From an uncultured delta proteobacterium (lineage in GTDB: Bacteria; Myxococcota; Kuafuiibacteriia; Kuafuiibacteriales; Kuafuiibacteriaceae), in contig CAWDML010000001.1 of NCBI GenBank assembly GCA_963803435.1, positions 2,368,001-2,432,000 on the forward strand: a stretch of 64,000 bases of DNA, in the 5' to 3' direction. Of this stretch, positions 1 through 11,912 are shown in pieces. Below the pieces are notes generated by a model. That model had not been told where the DNA came from. It made no database searches and saw only the letters and a program-made list of their open reading frames with translations. Within the stretch, counting starts at the first letter, position 1. Every line of letters begins with the position of its first letter. Position numbers and translations under genes: made by a program.

Positions 1-1272
<1,272 letters not shown>

Positions 1273-1289
1273 CCCGGGACCGTCGAGAG

Positions 1290-1330
1290 AGCCCCGCTCT
1301 GTCCTCTTTGGGAGAGCGGGGCTTCTTTTT
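1290..1330 (+). terminator. Intrinsic terminator after groEL
   Basis: 11-bp stem AGCCCCGCTCT/AGAGCGGGGCT (1290-1300 with 1313-1323) followed by TCTTTTT. Confidence 0.85.
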
Positions 1331-1340
1331 GTCTGTTTTT

Positions 1341-1363
1341 TATATTATGAACATAATTCTATA
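1341..1363 (+). promoter_or_regulatory. AT-rich promoter with palindromic putative TetR operator; probably a leaderless transcript
   Basis: ATTATG-AA-CATAAT inverted repeat at 1344-1357; CATAAT -10-like hexamer 6 nt before the ATG at 1364; no Shine-Dalgarno. Confidence 0.6.
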
Positions 1364-1927
1364 ATGACCCGCTATCCCGTCGAGCACCGGGCAGAGACGC
1401 ACCGCCGGATCCTGGCGGCCGCCGGGCGGCTCTTCCGGACCGAGGGCTACGCGGCCTCCGGGCTCGTCAAGGTGATGTCCGCCGCCGGCCTCACGGTGGG
1501 CGGGTTCTACGCGCACTTCGACTCGAAGGAGTCGCTCCTGGCCGAGGTGCTCGGCGAGTCGCTCGCCACCACCCGGAACGTCCTCTTGGCAGGGCTCGAG
1601 GACCTCCAAGGCCGCGCGTTCGTCGCCGAGCTGATGCGGCGCTACCTGTCCCGCGCGCATCGAGACCTGCCCGCCGACGGCTGCTCGCTCCCCTCGTTGA
1701 CGGGAGAGGTCGCCCGTCAGAGCGAGGCGACGCGCCAGGTCTTCCAGGACTATCTCGAACGCTTGATCGCACCGGTCGAGGCGCACATGTCCCGAGACCG
1801 GGCGCTCGCGCTGATCTGCTTGGCGGTCGGGGGGATCATGTTCGCCCGGGCGGTGAAGGATCGCGAGCTGTCGGATCGCATCCTGTTGGCTTGCCGGCGC
1901 TTCGCCGTCGGGGAGGAGAACGAATGA
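1364..1927 (+). CDS. TetR/AcrR family transcriptional regulator
   Basis: N-terminal HTH RILAAAGRLFRTEGYAASGLVKVMSAAGLTVGGFYAHFDSKE; stop overlaps the next ATG (ATGA). Confidence 0.95.
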   Translation: MTRYPVEHRAETHRRILAAAGRLFRTEGYAASGLVKVMSAAGLTVGGFYAHFDSKESLLAEVLGESLATTRNVLLAGLEDLQGRAFVAELMRRYLSRAHRDLPADGCSLPSLTGEVARQSEATRQVFQDYLERLIAPVEAHMSRDRALALICLAVGGIMFARAVKDRELSDRILLACRRFAVGEENE

Positions 1928-4178
1928 GCGCGCATCAAACGGCCTGCATCCTGTGCTCGCGCAACTGCGGGATCGAGGTCGAAGTCGAGGGCAACCGGCT
2001 CGTGAAGATCCGCGGCGACGCCGCCCATCCGGTGTCGCAGGGCTATCTCTGCCAGAAGGCCGCGCGACTCGACTACTACCAGAACCACGAGGACCGCCTC
2101 ACCCGCCCGCTCAGGCGGCGGAGCGACGGCACGTTCGAGCCGGTCTCTTGGGAGGCGGCCCTCTCGGAGATCGCGGACCGCCTGCTCTCGATCCGCAAGG
2201 CGCACGGCGGCCCCGCGTTCGCGTTCTACGGCGGTGGCGGCCAGGGCAACCATCTGGGCGGGGCGTACGGCACGTCCCTGCTCCGGGCGATGAAGAGCCC
2301 GTACCTCTACAGCGCCCTGGCGCAGGAGAAGACGGGTGACTTCTGGGTCAACGGGAAGCTGTTCGGCCGTCAGACCTGCCACATCACGGAGGACATCGAG
2401 CACGCCGACTTCGTGCTCTTCATCGGGACCAACCCCTGGCAGGCGCACGGGATCAGGAACGCGCGGGACACCGTGCGCGAGCTCGGCCGCGACGGCTCGC
2501 GACGGATGGTGGTGATCGACCCGCGGAGGACGGAGACCGCCCAAAAGGCGGACGTGCACCTTCAGCTTCGACCCGGCACCGACGCCTTCCTCCTCTCCGC
2601 GATGCTGGCCATCATGAATCGCGAGAGCCTGCTCGACCTCGACTTCATCGGCGCCCACACCGTCGACTTCGAGCGGGTGAAGGCGGCGCTGGAGCGGATC
2701 CCGATCCAGGCCTTCGTGGAACGCGCGGGCGTGGCGCTGGCCGACGTCGAGCGGGTGGCGTGCGACTTCGCCGCCGCCCCCTCGGCGTGCGTGCGGGTGG
2801 ATCTCGGGATCCAACAGTCGCTGCACAGCACGCTCAACTCCTACCTGGAGAAGCTGCTGTTCCTGCTCACCGGGAACTTCGCCAGGCAGGGCGGCAACAA
2901 CTTCCACTCCTTCTTCCTGCCGCTGGTCGGCCATTCGCACGACGACAGCCCACGCACGCGCGCCACCCAGATCGCCGCGATCGGAAGCTCTACCCGCCCA
3001 ACGTGCTTCCGCTCGAGATCGACAACGAGCGCGACGATCGGGTCCGCGCGCTCTGGGTGGACAGCGCCAATCCGATGATGAGCGGCGCGGACACGCAGGC
3101 CTACCGGAAGGCCTTCGCGCGGCTCGAGCTCGCCGTGGTGGTCGACGTCGCCATGACCGAGACGGCCCGCGCCGCCCATTTCGTGCTGCCAGCCGCCTCC
3201 CAGTTCGAGAAGTGGGAGGCGACCGGCTTCAACCTGGAGTTCCCCGAGAACTCGTTTCATCTGCGGGCGCCGATCTTCGAGCCGCTGGGCGATTCGAGAC
3301 CCGAGCCCGAGATCTACGGCGAGCTCCTGACCCGGATGGGCGAGCTCCCCGCCCGCCATCCGATCCTCGAACGGATCGCGCGCCTCGACCGTGCCGCGCC
3401 GCGCCTCGGTCTGTTCATGGGGGCGATGGCCGCCGCCGCCGTCTTGCAACCCCGGTTGCGCGACCACGGCGCGCACGTGCTCTACCGGACGCTCGGCCGC
3501 ACCCTTCCCGACCACGCAGCCGCTGCCGCGCCGATCTGGTTCCTCGCGCACGGCTACGCCCGCAAGCACCGCGAGGCCGTCACCCGCGCGGGACATCGCG
3601 CCGGCTTCGGCCTCACGCTCGGCGAGTCGCTGTTCGCTTCGATCCTGGGCTCGCGCGCAGGCACGATCATCTCCCGCCACCTCTATGAGGACTGTTGGCG
3701 GTTCATCCGCCACCCGGACCGCAAGATCCATCTCGAGATCCCGCAGATGATCGAAGCCCTCGACGCGCTCCGCGACGAACCCCCACCTGCGGCCGACTTC
3801 CCGTTCGTGCTGATCGCGGGCGAGCGCCGGGCGTACAACGCCAACACGATCTACCGCGATCCCGCCTGGCGGAAGAACGACGCGGCCGGCGCCCTCAGGA
3901 TCCATCCCGCCGACGCGGACCACCTGGGGCTCCAGACCGGCGACCGCGCGATCTGTCGCTCCGCGCGCGGACAGGTCGAGGTCACGATCGAGCGCCACGA
4001 CGCGATCCGGCCCGGCGTCGTCACGCTCCCCCACGGGTACGGCCTGCGCTATGCCGAAGGCGAGACCCACGGCCCGGCGATCAATCAGCTCACCGATTCC
4101 GCACATCGCGACCCGATCGCCGGGACGCCGTTTCACAAGTACGTGCCGGTGAGGATCGAACGCCCGCCGGTGGGGTGA
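1924..4178 (+). CDS. Molybdopterin-dependent oxidoreductase (DMSO reductase superfamily); one frameshift near 2984
   Basis: N-terminal 4Fe-4S motif CILCSRNCG...LCQK, VVIDPRRTETA, ETARAAHFVLPA and C-terminal molydop-binding domain; two ORFs join if one base is restored near 2984. Confidence 0.9.
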
Positions 4179-4204
4179 CGCGTCATCTGCGGTATGATCG
4201 AGCC

Positions 4205-5767
4205 GTGCTTCCCAAGCGGGGCTCGCGCGTCCTGACGATCGGCGGTCGCCGATATCGGTGGACCGTCCACCCGGCCGAATACCCCCGCGCCTTTCACCAT
4301 GTGATCGCGCAACCCGAGGACGGTGGGGAGCAGATGTTCGCCTTCGTCGCCGGCGCCAACTTCGTCACGCCCCGCCTGGTCAGCCGATTGATCGACCGAG
4401 CGTCCCGGCTCGGCCAGCGCGAGATCACGATCGCCGGTCTGGTCGCGCTGCGGGGCGCGTCGGAGCTCGACGAGGTCGTCGCGGCGCTGCGGGCCGACGA
4501 GCACCAGCGCGCCCTCGCCGCCGCCCTCGACTCGTGGAGACGCTCGCACATCACGGCGCTGGCCGACGCGATCGATCGGATCTCCGAGGCCCTGCGAGCA
4601 CGTCCACCCGCCGATGAGCGCACGTACGACGATGCCGCCTGGCGCGCCGCCCTCGCGGAGGATCAACCGTTGCTGCCGGAGGTGATCGACCTCCTCTTCA
4701 GCCCCGATCCCGACGTCACTGCCGAGCGGGCGCTCCTCCTCTCGAGGGCCCGGCCCGACGATCCGCGGATCGCCCGCCGCCTCCTCGAAGGCCTCACCCG
4801 ACCGGTCCACCCCTACGGACCCCGCGCCCGACCGCTGCTCGAGGTCGCGCTCGAGATCCTCGGCAACTCCGGCGACCACCGCGTCCTGGACGGGCTCCGC
4901 GGCGAGGGGGGGACGGCGCTGGCCCAGCACGCGGTAGGGATGCGGCACTGGGTGTGGACCGAGCTGGAACGGGCGGTCCAGCGGCTGGAGCGCGGCTTTC
5001 CGCTGGGCGAGCCGTACCTCGTCGATGCGGAGCCGATGCTCGAGGCCATCCAGGTCCAGCTCGGGCTGACGCCGCCCGAGGCGCCTCCCGGTGCGCCCGA
5101 CCTGCTGGCGGCGCTCCAGACCGATCCCAGCGACGACAACCTGCGGCGCGTCTACGCCGATCTGCTCCTCGACGCCGACGATCCCCGCGGCGAGATGATC
5201 CACCTGCAGCTGGAGCCGGAGCTCTCCGAGGAGGCGAAGGCGCGGCTGGCGCACCTGTTGGAGCTCCACTCCGAGCGGTGGCTGGGATCGCTACGCGGCT
5301 GGCTGGAGCGGGTCCAGTTTGAGCGAGGCTTTCCCGCCCGCGGCCGACTGACGTGGCGCGCGCTGTCGGAGGACGGCGACGCCGACGATCCCAGCTGGGC
5401 GACGGTCGAGGAGCTCGCGCTGCCCTTCCGCAACGTCGACACCGATCCGTTTCTGGCGCGCCTTCATCGGCTGGTCTCGTCGCCGGTCATGCGATCGCTT
5501 CGGGCGATCCGCGAGGCCTCGGTCGAGGTGGTCGAGGTGCTGGCAGCGATCGACGACCTTCGGATCGAACGCGTCCACCTCGCCCCGTTGACTCTGGTCG
5601 ATGGTCACACCGACGCTACCAATCGGCTCCTCGCCGCGTTCGAGCGCGGCTTTGTCCACCTCGCGTCTCTCGAGCTCACCGGGACCTGGCCGGAGGATGC
5701 CGTGGTGCAACTGCGGCGGGCCCTCGCGAAGCGAGCGGAGCTGAAGGTCGAGCTCAGAGCGACATGA
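4205..5767 (+). CDS. TIGR02996-domain protein
   Basis: LLAALQTDPSDDNLRRVYADLLLDADDPRGEMIHLQL ... FERGF motif; GTG start at 4205 inferred. Confidence 0.75.
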   Translation: MLPKRGSRVLTIGGRRYRWTVHPAEYPRAFHHVIAQPEDGGEQMFAFVAGANFVTPRLVSRLIDRASRLGQREITIAGLVALRGASELDEVVAALRADEHQRALAAALDSWRRSHITALADAIDRISEALRARPPADERTYDDAAWRAALAEDQPLLPEVIDLLFSPDPDVTAERALLLSRARPDDPRIARRLLEGLTRPVHPYGPRARPLLEVALEILGNSGDHRVLDGLRGEGGTALAQHAVGMRHWVWTELERAVQRLERGFPLGEPYLVDAEPMLEAIQVQLGLTPPEAPPGAPDLLAALQTDPSDDNLRRVYADLLLDADDPRGEMIHLQLEPELSEEAKARLAHLLELHSERWLGSLRGWLERVQFERGFPARGRLTWRALSEDGDADDPSWATVEELALPFRNVDTDPFLARLHRLVSSPVMRSLRAIREASVEVVEVLAAIDDLRIERVHLAPLTLVDGHTDATNRLLAAFERGFVHLASLELTGTWPEDAVVQLRRALAKRAELKVELRAT

Positions 5768-7357
5768 CCTCGCTGCGCCCGGCGGGGTTGTGGAGCGGCA
5801 GGTGGAGCGGTGACGCGAGCAGCCACTCGTACCAGACGCGGCGGCCGTCGCTCTCCCGGAAGAAGGCGCAGCGGATCGAATCCGCCGGCCTTCACGTCGA
5901 CCGGCCGCGACAATGGAAAGTAGAGCGTCGACCAGCCGTTCAGCTCGGGGGTGGCGGTGCTCGGCCGGGTCGAGATACCGATGTCGCCGAAGAGGTCCGC
6001 CTCGAAAAACCCGGCGAAGCCGGTGATGGAGGCGTCGAACCCCGCGGTGAACGAGAGCTCCCGGAAGCGGCGGTGATCGGGGATCGGATTCGGATGATCG
6101 AAGACGAAGCAAGGCTCCGGATCGGCGAGCAGCTGTACCCGGTGCAGCGTGATGCCGACCGGACGCTCGCACTCCGGCTTGCGGTCTCCGAGCGCCGACG
6201 AGAGCCGTGGCGCGAACACCGGGGCCACAAAGCTCGTGGTGCGGCGAGGGATCGAGATCCCGTCCGGCGCGAGCCAGCGCTCGGCGCCCGCGAGACACTC
6301 CGGCGAAAGCTCGTTGTCGGCGAAGCTTCCCAGGAGCTCCGAGACCAGCAGCCCGACCGGCTCGGGGGGTGCCCAGCTCCGCATGTCGGCCTCGATCACC
6401 TGCGCTCTCCCGCCCCACTCGCGCCGGTTGCGGTGATGGAGCGTGACGACGGCGTTCGGATTCTTCTCCACGGCGTACACCACCGTGGAGAGATCCAGAT
6501 CGCGGATCGCGTGCAAGCAGGCCTCGACGAGGGGGCCTCGTCCCGCTCCGGCGACCGCGACCGCCCTCGGAGGTTTGACCTTCATGGCCTCCAGCACCGC
6601 CCGACGGTAGTGCTCGTACTTCGGCAGCGCCCGCTCGAACTGGACATAGGTGGTGCTCGCCAGATGATCGCGGAGCGGCTGCACCGGTGCGATCAGCTGC
6701 TCCTCGAACTGCGCGAGATAGCGCTCCTTGTCCCCGGCGTCCCGCCAGGCCGCGTGGAAGGCCGCCAGCATCTGCCCCTTGTTGCGGCCCCCGTCCACGA
6801 TCGCGCGCTCGGTGTGATTGCGAAACAGGCGCTGGATCGGTCGGCTCGGCAGCGGCACCGCGCCGTCGACCCAGAGGCAATCGACCGGCTCGGCCAGGAA
6901 TCGGTTGGGCTCGCCGGCGTCGTCGTCCGCGATCTCGAGACGAGATCCGGAGCCGCGCATCCCAGTCGGCAAAGGTGCGGACCCGATGCCAGCCCCACCA
7001 CCCCTCCTCCGTCCACGGCACCCGCACGAGGATGGGGGGCGCCGTCTTTTCGAGCAGGTGAGCGCGGATCTGCCGGAGGAGCGGAGGCTGCTCCGCCAGG
7101 GTCAGCGGGACGATCAACGCCGGCAGCGCCAGGTGTCGTCCGAAGGACAGCTCGCGCTCGAACCTCCGCGGGTCCTCCGAAGAGAGGAGACCGACCAGGT
7201 GCTCCCGCCAGGCCGGACCCGGAAGGTCGAGATCCGAGAACGCGATCTTCCCGTCCACGCTGAGCGGAACGACTGAGAAGTCCCAGCCGACCCCGCTGCT
7301 CCCCACGGCCGCGGGCTCGATGGTGTGGCCGCAATATAGGTTGCGCTCGCCGATCAT
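5754..7357 (-). CDS. PRMT5/Skb1/Hsl7-like protein arginine N-methyltransferase; two frameshifts (about 6941 and 5882)
   Basis: Joined frames give about 533 aa with PVQPLRDHL-x3-TYVQFE-x4-KY, VAGAGRGPLV, YAVEKNPNAVVTL, DMRSW, VSELLGSFADNELSPECL, GFAGFFE and C-terminal RVWYEW...HNPAGRS; colinear with human PRMT5 as recalled. Confidence 0.92.
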
Positions 7358-7383
7358 CGGATCGGGAGTAGCATGGCGGAGAC

Positions 7384-7415
7384 AAAAAGAAAGGCCCGGC
7401 GCAAGCCGAGGCCTT
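7384..7415 (-). terminator. Intrinsic terminator on the minus strand just upstream of the PRMT5-like gene
   Basis: Minus strand AAGGCCTCGGC-TTGC-GCCGGGCCTT followed by TCTTTTT. Confidence 0.7.
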
Positions 7416-7438
7416 CCGAGCATCTTCGCAGGTTGAGA

Positions 7439-7705
7439 TCAGTCGGAGCCGTCCATTCGTTCGCGCACGCCGCAGTCGAAGGCAACGCTCTTGGACGACA
7501 CGCGCAGCCGGACGTTGGGCTCGCGATCCTTCAGCGCGGTTCGGCAGATCTCACCGCGGATCTCGATCGAGCGGCATGTCCACCAGACATGCGTATTCCG
7601 GGAGACAGTCGGGATCACCACAGTCGGAGAGACCGTCCCCTTCGTCATCGATGCCGTTGTTCGGCCCGACAGACCTCCGGCGAGCACGAGCAGCGAGCGA
7701 AGCAT
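7439..7705 (-). pseudogene. Small frameshifted or degenerate exported protein with a myxobacterial Cys/Asp motif
   Basis: Hydrophobic start MLRSLLVLAGGL in one frame; NNGIDDEGDGLSDCGDPDC in another; followed by a terminator. Confidence 0.35.
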
Positions 7706-7795
7706 GCTCCAACAGAGTAGAGCCGCGCACGTGTAGGTTCAAAGCGTGGGTGGCGAGGAGCGCGGTTGGTTGGGTAGCATGAAACCGCCCACGCG

Positions 7796-9154
7796 ATGCC
7801 ACGGTGTCCGCAATGCGGAAACGAGTACGACGGTGGTACGCACTTCTGCGCGCTGCCCGTCGAAGAGCCGCCCAAGGCGCGCGCCGTCGACGCTCGTCTC
7901 TCGGTGTCGCGCGTGCACGACCCGGGGACGGTCCTCGGCTCCTACGTTCTCAGGCGCCTCCTCGGCGAGGGCGCGATCGGTCGGGTCTATCAGGCCGAGC
8001 ACCGAACGCTGGGGCGGCAGGTCGCGGTCAAGGTCCTCCGGAGCGAGTTCGCGGAGAAGCCTGCGGTGGTCAAGCGGTTCTTCGGCGAAGCGCGGGCCGT
8101 GAACCAGATCGCGCACGAGAACATCGTCGAGATCACCGACTTCGTCGAGCAGGACGACGGCACCTGCTACTACATCATGGAGCTGCTCGACGGAGAGACG
8201 CTCGATCAGCGGTTCTCCCGGACGGGTGTCATCCCGGTCTCCCAGCTGATCCGGGTCGCCATGCAGATCACGCGCGCGCTCCAGGCGGTCCACGATCAAT
8301 CGATCGTCCATCGCGACCTCAAGCCCGAGAACGTCTTCCTCACCACGCGCGGCGACGGCGACCGGTTCGTGAAGGTGCTGGACTTCGGCGTCGCCAAGCT
8401 GGCCCGCGGACAGAACACCCACACCACCGTGGCAGGAATGCTCGTGGGCACGCCCGACTACATGTCGCCGGAGCAGGCGGTCGGCGGCGAGGTCGATCAC
8501 CGCGCCGACATCTACTCGCTCGGTGCGGTGCTTTACGAGATGAGCACCGGCCGGAAGGTCTTCGCGGCCCCCTCGCTCCGCGAGCTGCTGGACCTCCACC
8601 TGTCCGGCCGCGCAATCCCGCCGCGAGAGCTCGCCAGTCTCCCGCAGCCGCTGCCGCCGCGCTTCGAGGAGCTGGTCATGCGATGCCTGGCCAAGGAGCC
8701 GTCTCAGCGGCCTCAGAGCATGCGCGAGCTCGAAGAGGAGCTGCGCGCCATCGCGGACGAGACCAGCGATCTGGTGCGCGTGGTGATGACCGAGGGTCGC
8801 CGGCCCAACGCGATCGCCATCATGGCCGTGATGGTGCTGGTGATGCTGCCCGTCTTCGCCGTGGTGGCGGCGGTGACCCGTCGCGCCCCGCCGGTGCGCA
8901 TCCAGCCCATCTCGAAGGTGTCCGTGCAGATCGATACCGAGCCGGAGGGCGCGCGCGTGCTGCACGTGGAGTCCGGCCGGGAGATCGGGAGCACGCCCCT
9001 GACGACCGAGCTCGACCGCTCGACCACCCCGCAGCACTTCCGGCTGATGCTCCAGGGCTTCGAGGCCCACGAGCACGCGGTTACGCCGGACGAGCCACAC
9101 CGCGCCACGATCGCCCTGAGACCGCAGCGACCCAACGCACGCGCGCACGACTGA
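7796..9154 (+). CDS. Ser/Thr protein kinase with TM helix and PEGA-like C-terminus
   Basis: LGEGAIGRVY, VAVKVL, HRDLKPEN, DFG, GTPDYMSPEQ; N-terminal CPQC zinc-ribbon-like segment. Confidence 0.95.
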   Translation: MPRCPQCGNEYDGGTHFCALPVEEPPKARAVDARLSVSRVHDPGTVLGSYVLRRLLGEGAIGRVYQAEHRTLGRQVAVKVLRSEFAEKPAVVKRFFGEARAVNQIAHENIVEITDFVEQDDGTCYYIMELLDGETLDQRFSRTGVIPVSQLIRVAMQITRALQAVHDQSIVHRDLKPENVFLTTRGDGDRFVKVLDFGVAKLARGQNTHTTVAGMLVGTPDYMSPEQAVGGEVDHRADIYSLGAVLYEMSTGRKVFAAPSLRELLDLHLSGRAIPPRELASLPQPLPPRFEELVMRCLAKEPSQRPQSMRELEEELRAIADETSDLVRVVMTEGRRPNAIAIMAVMVLVMLPVFAVVAAVTRRAPPVRIQPISKVSVQIDTEPEGARVLHVESGREIGSTPLTTELDRSTTPQHFRLMLQGFEAHEHAVTPDEPHRATIALRPQRPNARAHD

Positions 9155-9187
9155 CGGCGTGGTACGGCGCCTGCAAAGCCGGAGGCG

Positions 9188-9907
9188 GTGCATCTCGAGC
9201 CAGCGGCCGGTGTCCTCGCGCTCACGCTCACCGCGTGCGCGACGATCGGCGGAACCACCGGCGAACAGGACGCCACCCTCTGGCTCGACGCGCCCGTCCG
9301 ACTGTGGCGCGAACCTGCCAAGGATCCGCTGACGGTGACCGAGCCGGTGGTCCGCGCCGGCGGCCCCCTGCTGCTGGAGATCATCGGTGAGACGTGTCGC
9401 CCCGCGATCGAGCTCTACGCCGAGCCGGGAGATGAATACCGCATCGCGCACGAAGGGTGCAAGGTGACTTGCAGCGCGTTTCAGCTCGACGAGAGCGGCC
9501 GGGAGACGGGTCGAGCCTGCCGGTTCACGAGCCACGAGTCGCTGGCCGCGGCCGTGCATCCCGAGCCGATCGAGAAGCCGATGTCTCGCCCGTTCGAATG
9601 GGCTCAGACGCTCGCGCGGATCATCGAGAGCGCCGGAATTGTGGTCGTCAGCTCTGGCGACCGGGTCTTCGTCGAGAAGGTCCGGCTCGCGGGCACCGGC
9701 ATGGATGCCGGCTTCCGCGAGGGTGACGAGCTGGTGCGGACCGCCTTCAAGGGCGCCGGCGGCCGCGCCTGGCGCTACCGCGACATCGACCGGACCATGC
9801 TCGCGAACACCTGGGCCGTGAAGGATCGACCGGTCGTGATCATCGTGAGGCGGGGCCCCCGGCGCGTACGCCTGGTGCTCAATCGATCTCGACGCCAACG
9901 ATGGTGA
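9188..9907 (+). CDS. Putative lipoprotein with PDZ-like C-terminal region
   Basis: Lipobox-like LTLTAC; ...MDAGFREGDELV... resembles PDZ. Confidence 0.5.
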   Translation: MHLEPAAGVLALTLTACATIGGTTGEQDATLWLDAPVRLWREPAKDPLTVTEPVVRAGGPLLLEIIGETCRPAIELYAEPGDEYRIAHEGCKVTCSAFQLDESGRETGRACRFTSHESLAAAVHPEPIEKPMSRPFEWAQTLARIIESAGIVVVSSGDRVFVEKVRLAGTGMDAGFREGDELVRTAFKGAGGRAWRYRDIDRTMLANTWAVKDRPVVIIVRRGPRRVRLVLNRSRRQRW

Positions 9908-11060
9908 TGTCGTCGGTCTGCGGGTCCTCGCCAAGGAAGCCGAACAGCTCACCCAGCGCGCGATCCATCGCCTCGTCGACCGAGCCGGGGAAGCGCTCGA
10001 GCGCGGCCCAGATTCGGGCCTCGTCGAACTGCGTCCCGTCCCGGCGGGCCTGATCCACGAACCCGTCGGTGAACGCGAGCAGCCGATCGCCGGCCGCCAG
10101 GTCCACCTGGACGGTGGTGAACTCGACGTCGGGGAAGAGGCCGGGAAACGGCCCTTCGGCGCAGACCTCGTGGACCCTTCCGCCCGACAGCCGCAGCAAT
10201 CCCGGATGGCCGGCGCTGGAGAAGGAGAGCCGGGCGCGCCCCTGAGCCGTGCGAACCACGTCGAAGCAGCAGGCGGTGAAGTGGAGCTGCTTCTTCGAGT
10301 AGCTGTGCGCGAATCGATCGTTGAGCGACGCCAGGACCATTGCCGGATGCGCCACCGAGCTCTTGACCTGATCGTACTCGGTCTTCACCACCATCGTGCG
10401 CAGCGAAGCCTGCACGCCGTGTCCGCTGGCGTCGGCGAGCAGCACGCGCGCACCGTGCTCGATCTCGAAGAAGTCGTAGAGATCGCCGCTGACCAGATCC
10501 GCGGGGAGATAGCGGGTGCTGAGGCGGATCCCGTCGAGCACCGGCGGTGGCGCCAGCAGGCTCTCCTGGAAGATCTTCGCCTCCATCATGTCCTTCTCGA
10601 CTTCGAGCTTTTGAGCCTCCAGGGTCTGCACCCGCTCCTGCTCCTGCCGGAGGAGCAGCCGGTAACGCTTCTGTACCTCGACGTCTCCCGACACGTCCCG
10701 GAGCGAATAGATCAAGCCGATGGGCGCTCCCTCCGGCGACGAGATGGGGACGAACGCGACGATGGCGATCTTCGTGCGACCGCACGGGCTCATGACCTCC
10801 ACGTCCTCGAGGCGCGTCGCGCGCCCGCTGGCGAGACAGGCGCTCGCGATCTCGGCATGCCCGGGATCGCCCACGATCTCGAACGTCGATCCTGCGCTCT
10901 CCAGCGCGCGATCGAGCTGGCGCATGCGGAGCTCGGAGAAGCCGACGAAGGCCGGGTTGTAGCGAACCAGCTCCAGGTCGCGGTCCAGGAGCAGCGCAGG
11001 ATCGGGGAGGCGATCGACGACACCGGCGACGACCTCCAGGTCCCGCTGGACCTGGGTCAT
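9879..11060 (-). CDS. PAS-domain PP2C/SpoIIE phosphatase (RsbU/SiaA-like)
   Basis: VSGDLYD, LADASGHGV, FTDG and QTDDITI motifs; N-terminal PAS-like region; ATG 11060 overlaps the upstream stop. Confidence 0.9.
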   Translation of the reverse strand: MTQVQRDLEVVAGVVDRLPDPALLLDRDLELVRYNPAFVGFSELRMRQLDRALESAGSTFEIVGDPGHAEIASACLASGRATRLEDVEVMSPCGRTKIAIVAFVPISSPEGAPIGLIYSLRDVSGDVEVQKRYRLLLRQEQERVQTLEAQKLEVEKDMMEAKIFQESLLAPPPVLDGIRLSTRYLPADLVSGDLYDFFEIEHGARVLLADASGHGVQASLRTMVVKTEYDQVKSSVAHPAMVLASLNDRFAHSYSKKQLHFTACCFDVVRTAQGRARLSFSSAGHPGLLRLSGGRVHEVCAEGPFPGLFPDVEFTTVQVDLAAGDRLLAFTDGFVDQARRDGTQFDEARIWAALERFPGSVDEAMDRALGELFGFLGEDPQTDDITIVGVEID

Positions 11061-11539
11061 GGTCGCGTGGTCGCGCACACGCGTACGATGCCGTTGTCCA
11101 CGGAAGCGGACAGCTTGCAGTTGCCCTCGTAGGCGATACGCACCAGCCCCAGGCCGCTGTCCTCGCTCCGCTCCTGCGCCAAAACGCCGAGCCTCGCCAT
11201 GAAGGCGACCTTGGGATCGCCCATCTCCTCGAGCCAGTCGATGGTCGAGAGGAGCCGCTCGACTCCGGTCCCACCCGGGTCGATCGGGTTGAACACTTCG
11301 ATGGAGACCTTGTCCTCGGCCCCGAACACGCGCAGCCGGAACTCGGGACGATTCGACCAGTCGCCGAACTTGAGCGCGTTCTCGAGGAGCTCTCCGGTGA
11401 CCATGCCGATCGTCCGGCAGAAGTCGTTGTTTGCGAAGATCGTCGTCAAGCAGTTGAGGACCGAGCTCCGCAGGAGCTCGACGTTCTTCCACTCCGACGT
11501 CAGCGGCATCTCGATCTGGAATTGGATTGGAGAATTCAT
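11057..11539 (-). CDS. GHKL-type anti-sigma-factor-like kinase (RsbW/SiaB-like)
   Basis: MVTGELLENALKFG N-box and SGLGLVRIAYE G-box. Confidence 0.75.
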   Translation of the reverse strand: MNSPIQFQIEMPLTSEWKNVELLRSSVLNCLTTIFANNDFCRTIGMVTGELLENALKFGDWSNRPEFRLRVFGAEDKVSIEVFNPIDPGGTGVERLLSTIDWLEEMGDPKVAFMARLGVLAQERSEDSGLGLVRIAYEGNCKLSASVDNGIVRVCATTRP

Positions 11540-11904
11540 GCCGACCTCGCTCGCATCACGAGCAGCCCGTCGGGCTTCTCGAACACACGCAACGCGTCGA
11601 AGCAGAGCTTCTGCCACTTTTGCTGCTGGTCGAAGCTGATCACCAGCTTGATCCGCTTGTCGCGTAGATCGCGGATCACGCCCACCAGCGTCGAGATCGT
11701 CGAGGAGTTGAGATAGTCGAGCTCCTCGAAGCGCATCTCGACCGTCGCGTTCTTCTCGCTCGCCTTCACGAAGAGCTCGTCGAAGAACGGCCCCAGCGAC
11801 TTCTTCGGATAGCGGTCGTTGCTCTTGCCCTTCCAGCTCAGCGTGATGGCCCCGGGTTGTTCGCTGACCTCGATCGAGAGATCACCGACCACCAACTGCT
11901 CCAT
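11536..11904 (-). CDS. STAS-like/SiaC (DUF1987)-like phospho-acceptor protein
   Basis: LDYLNSSTI motif resembles SiaC LLYLNTSS; about 122 aa; translationally coupled to the kinase. Confidence 0.7.
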   Translation of the reverse strand: MEQLVVGDLSIEVSEQPGAITLSWKGKSNDRYPKKSLGPFFDELFVKASEKNATVEMRFEELDYLNSSTISTLVGVIRDLRDKRIKLVISFDQQQKWQKLCFDALRVFEKPDGLLVMRARSA

Positions 11905-11912
11905 ACCGTTCC

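Noticed and set aside
5754-7357. Eukaryotic contamination as the source of the PRMT5-like gene
   Set aside because: No introns, composition like the flanks, a bacterial terminator upstream and overlap with a bacterial gene; read-level confirmation is still needed.
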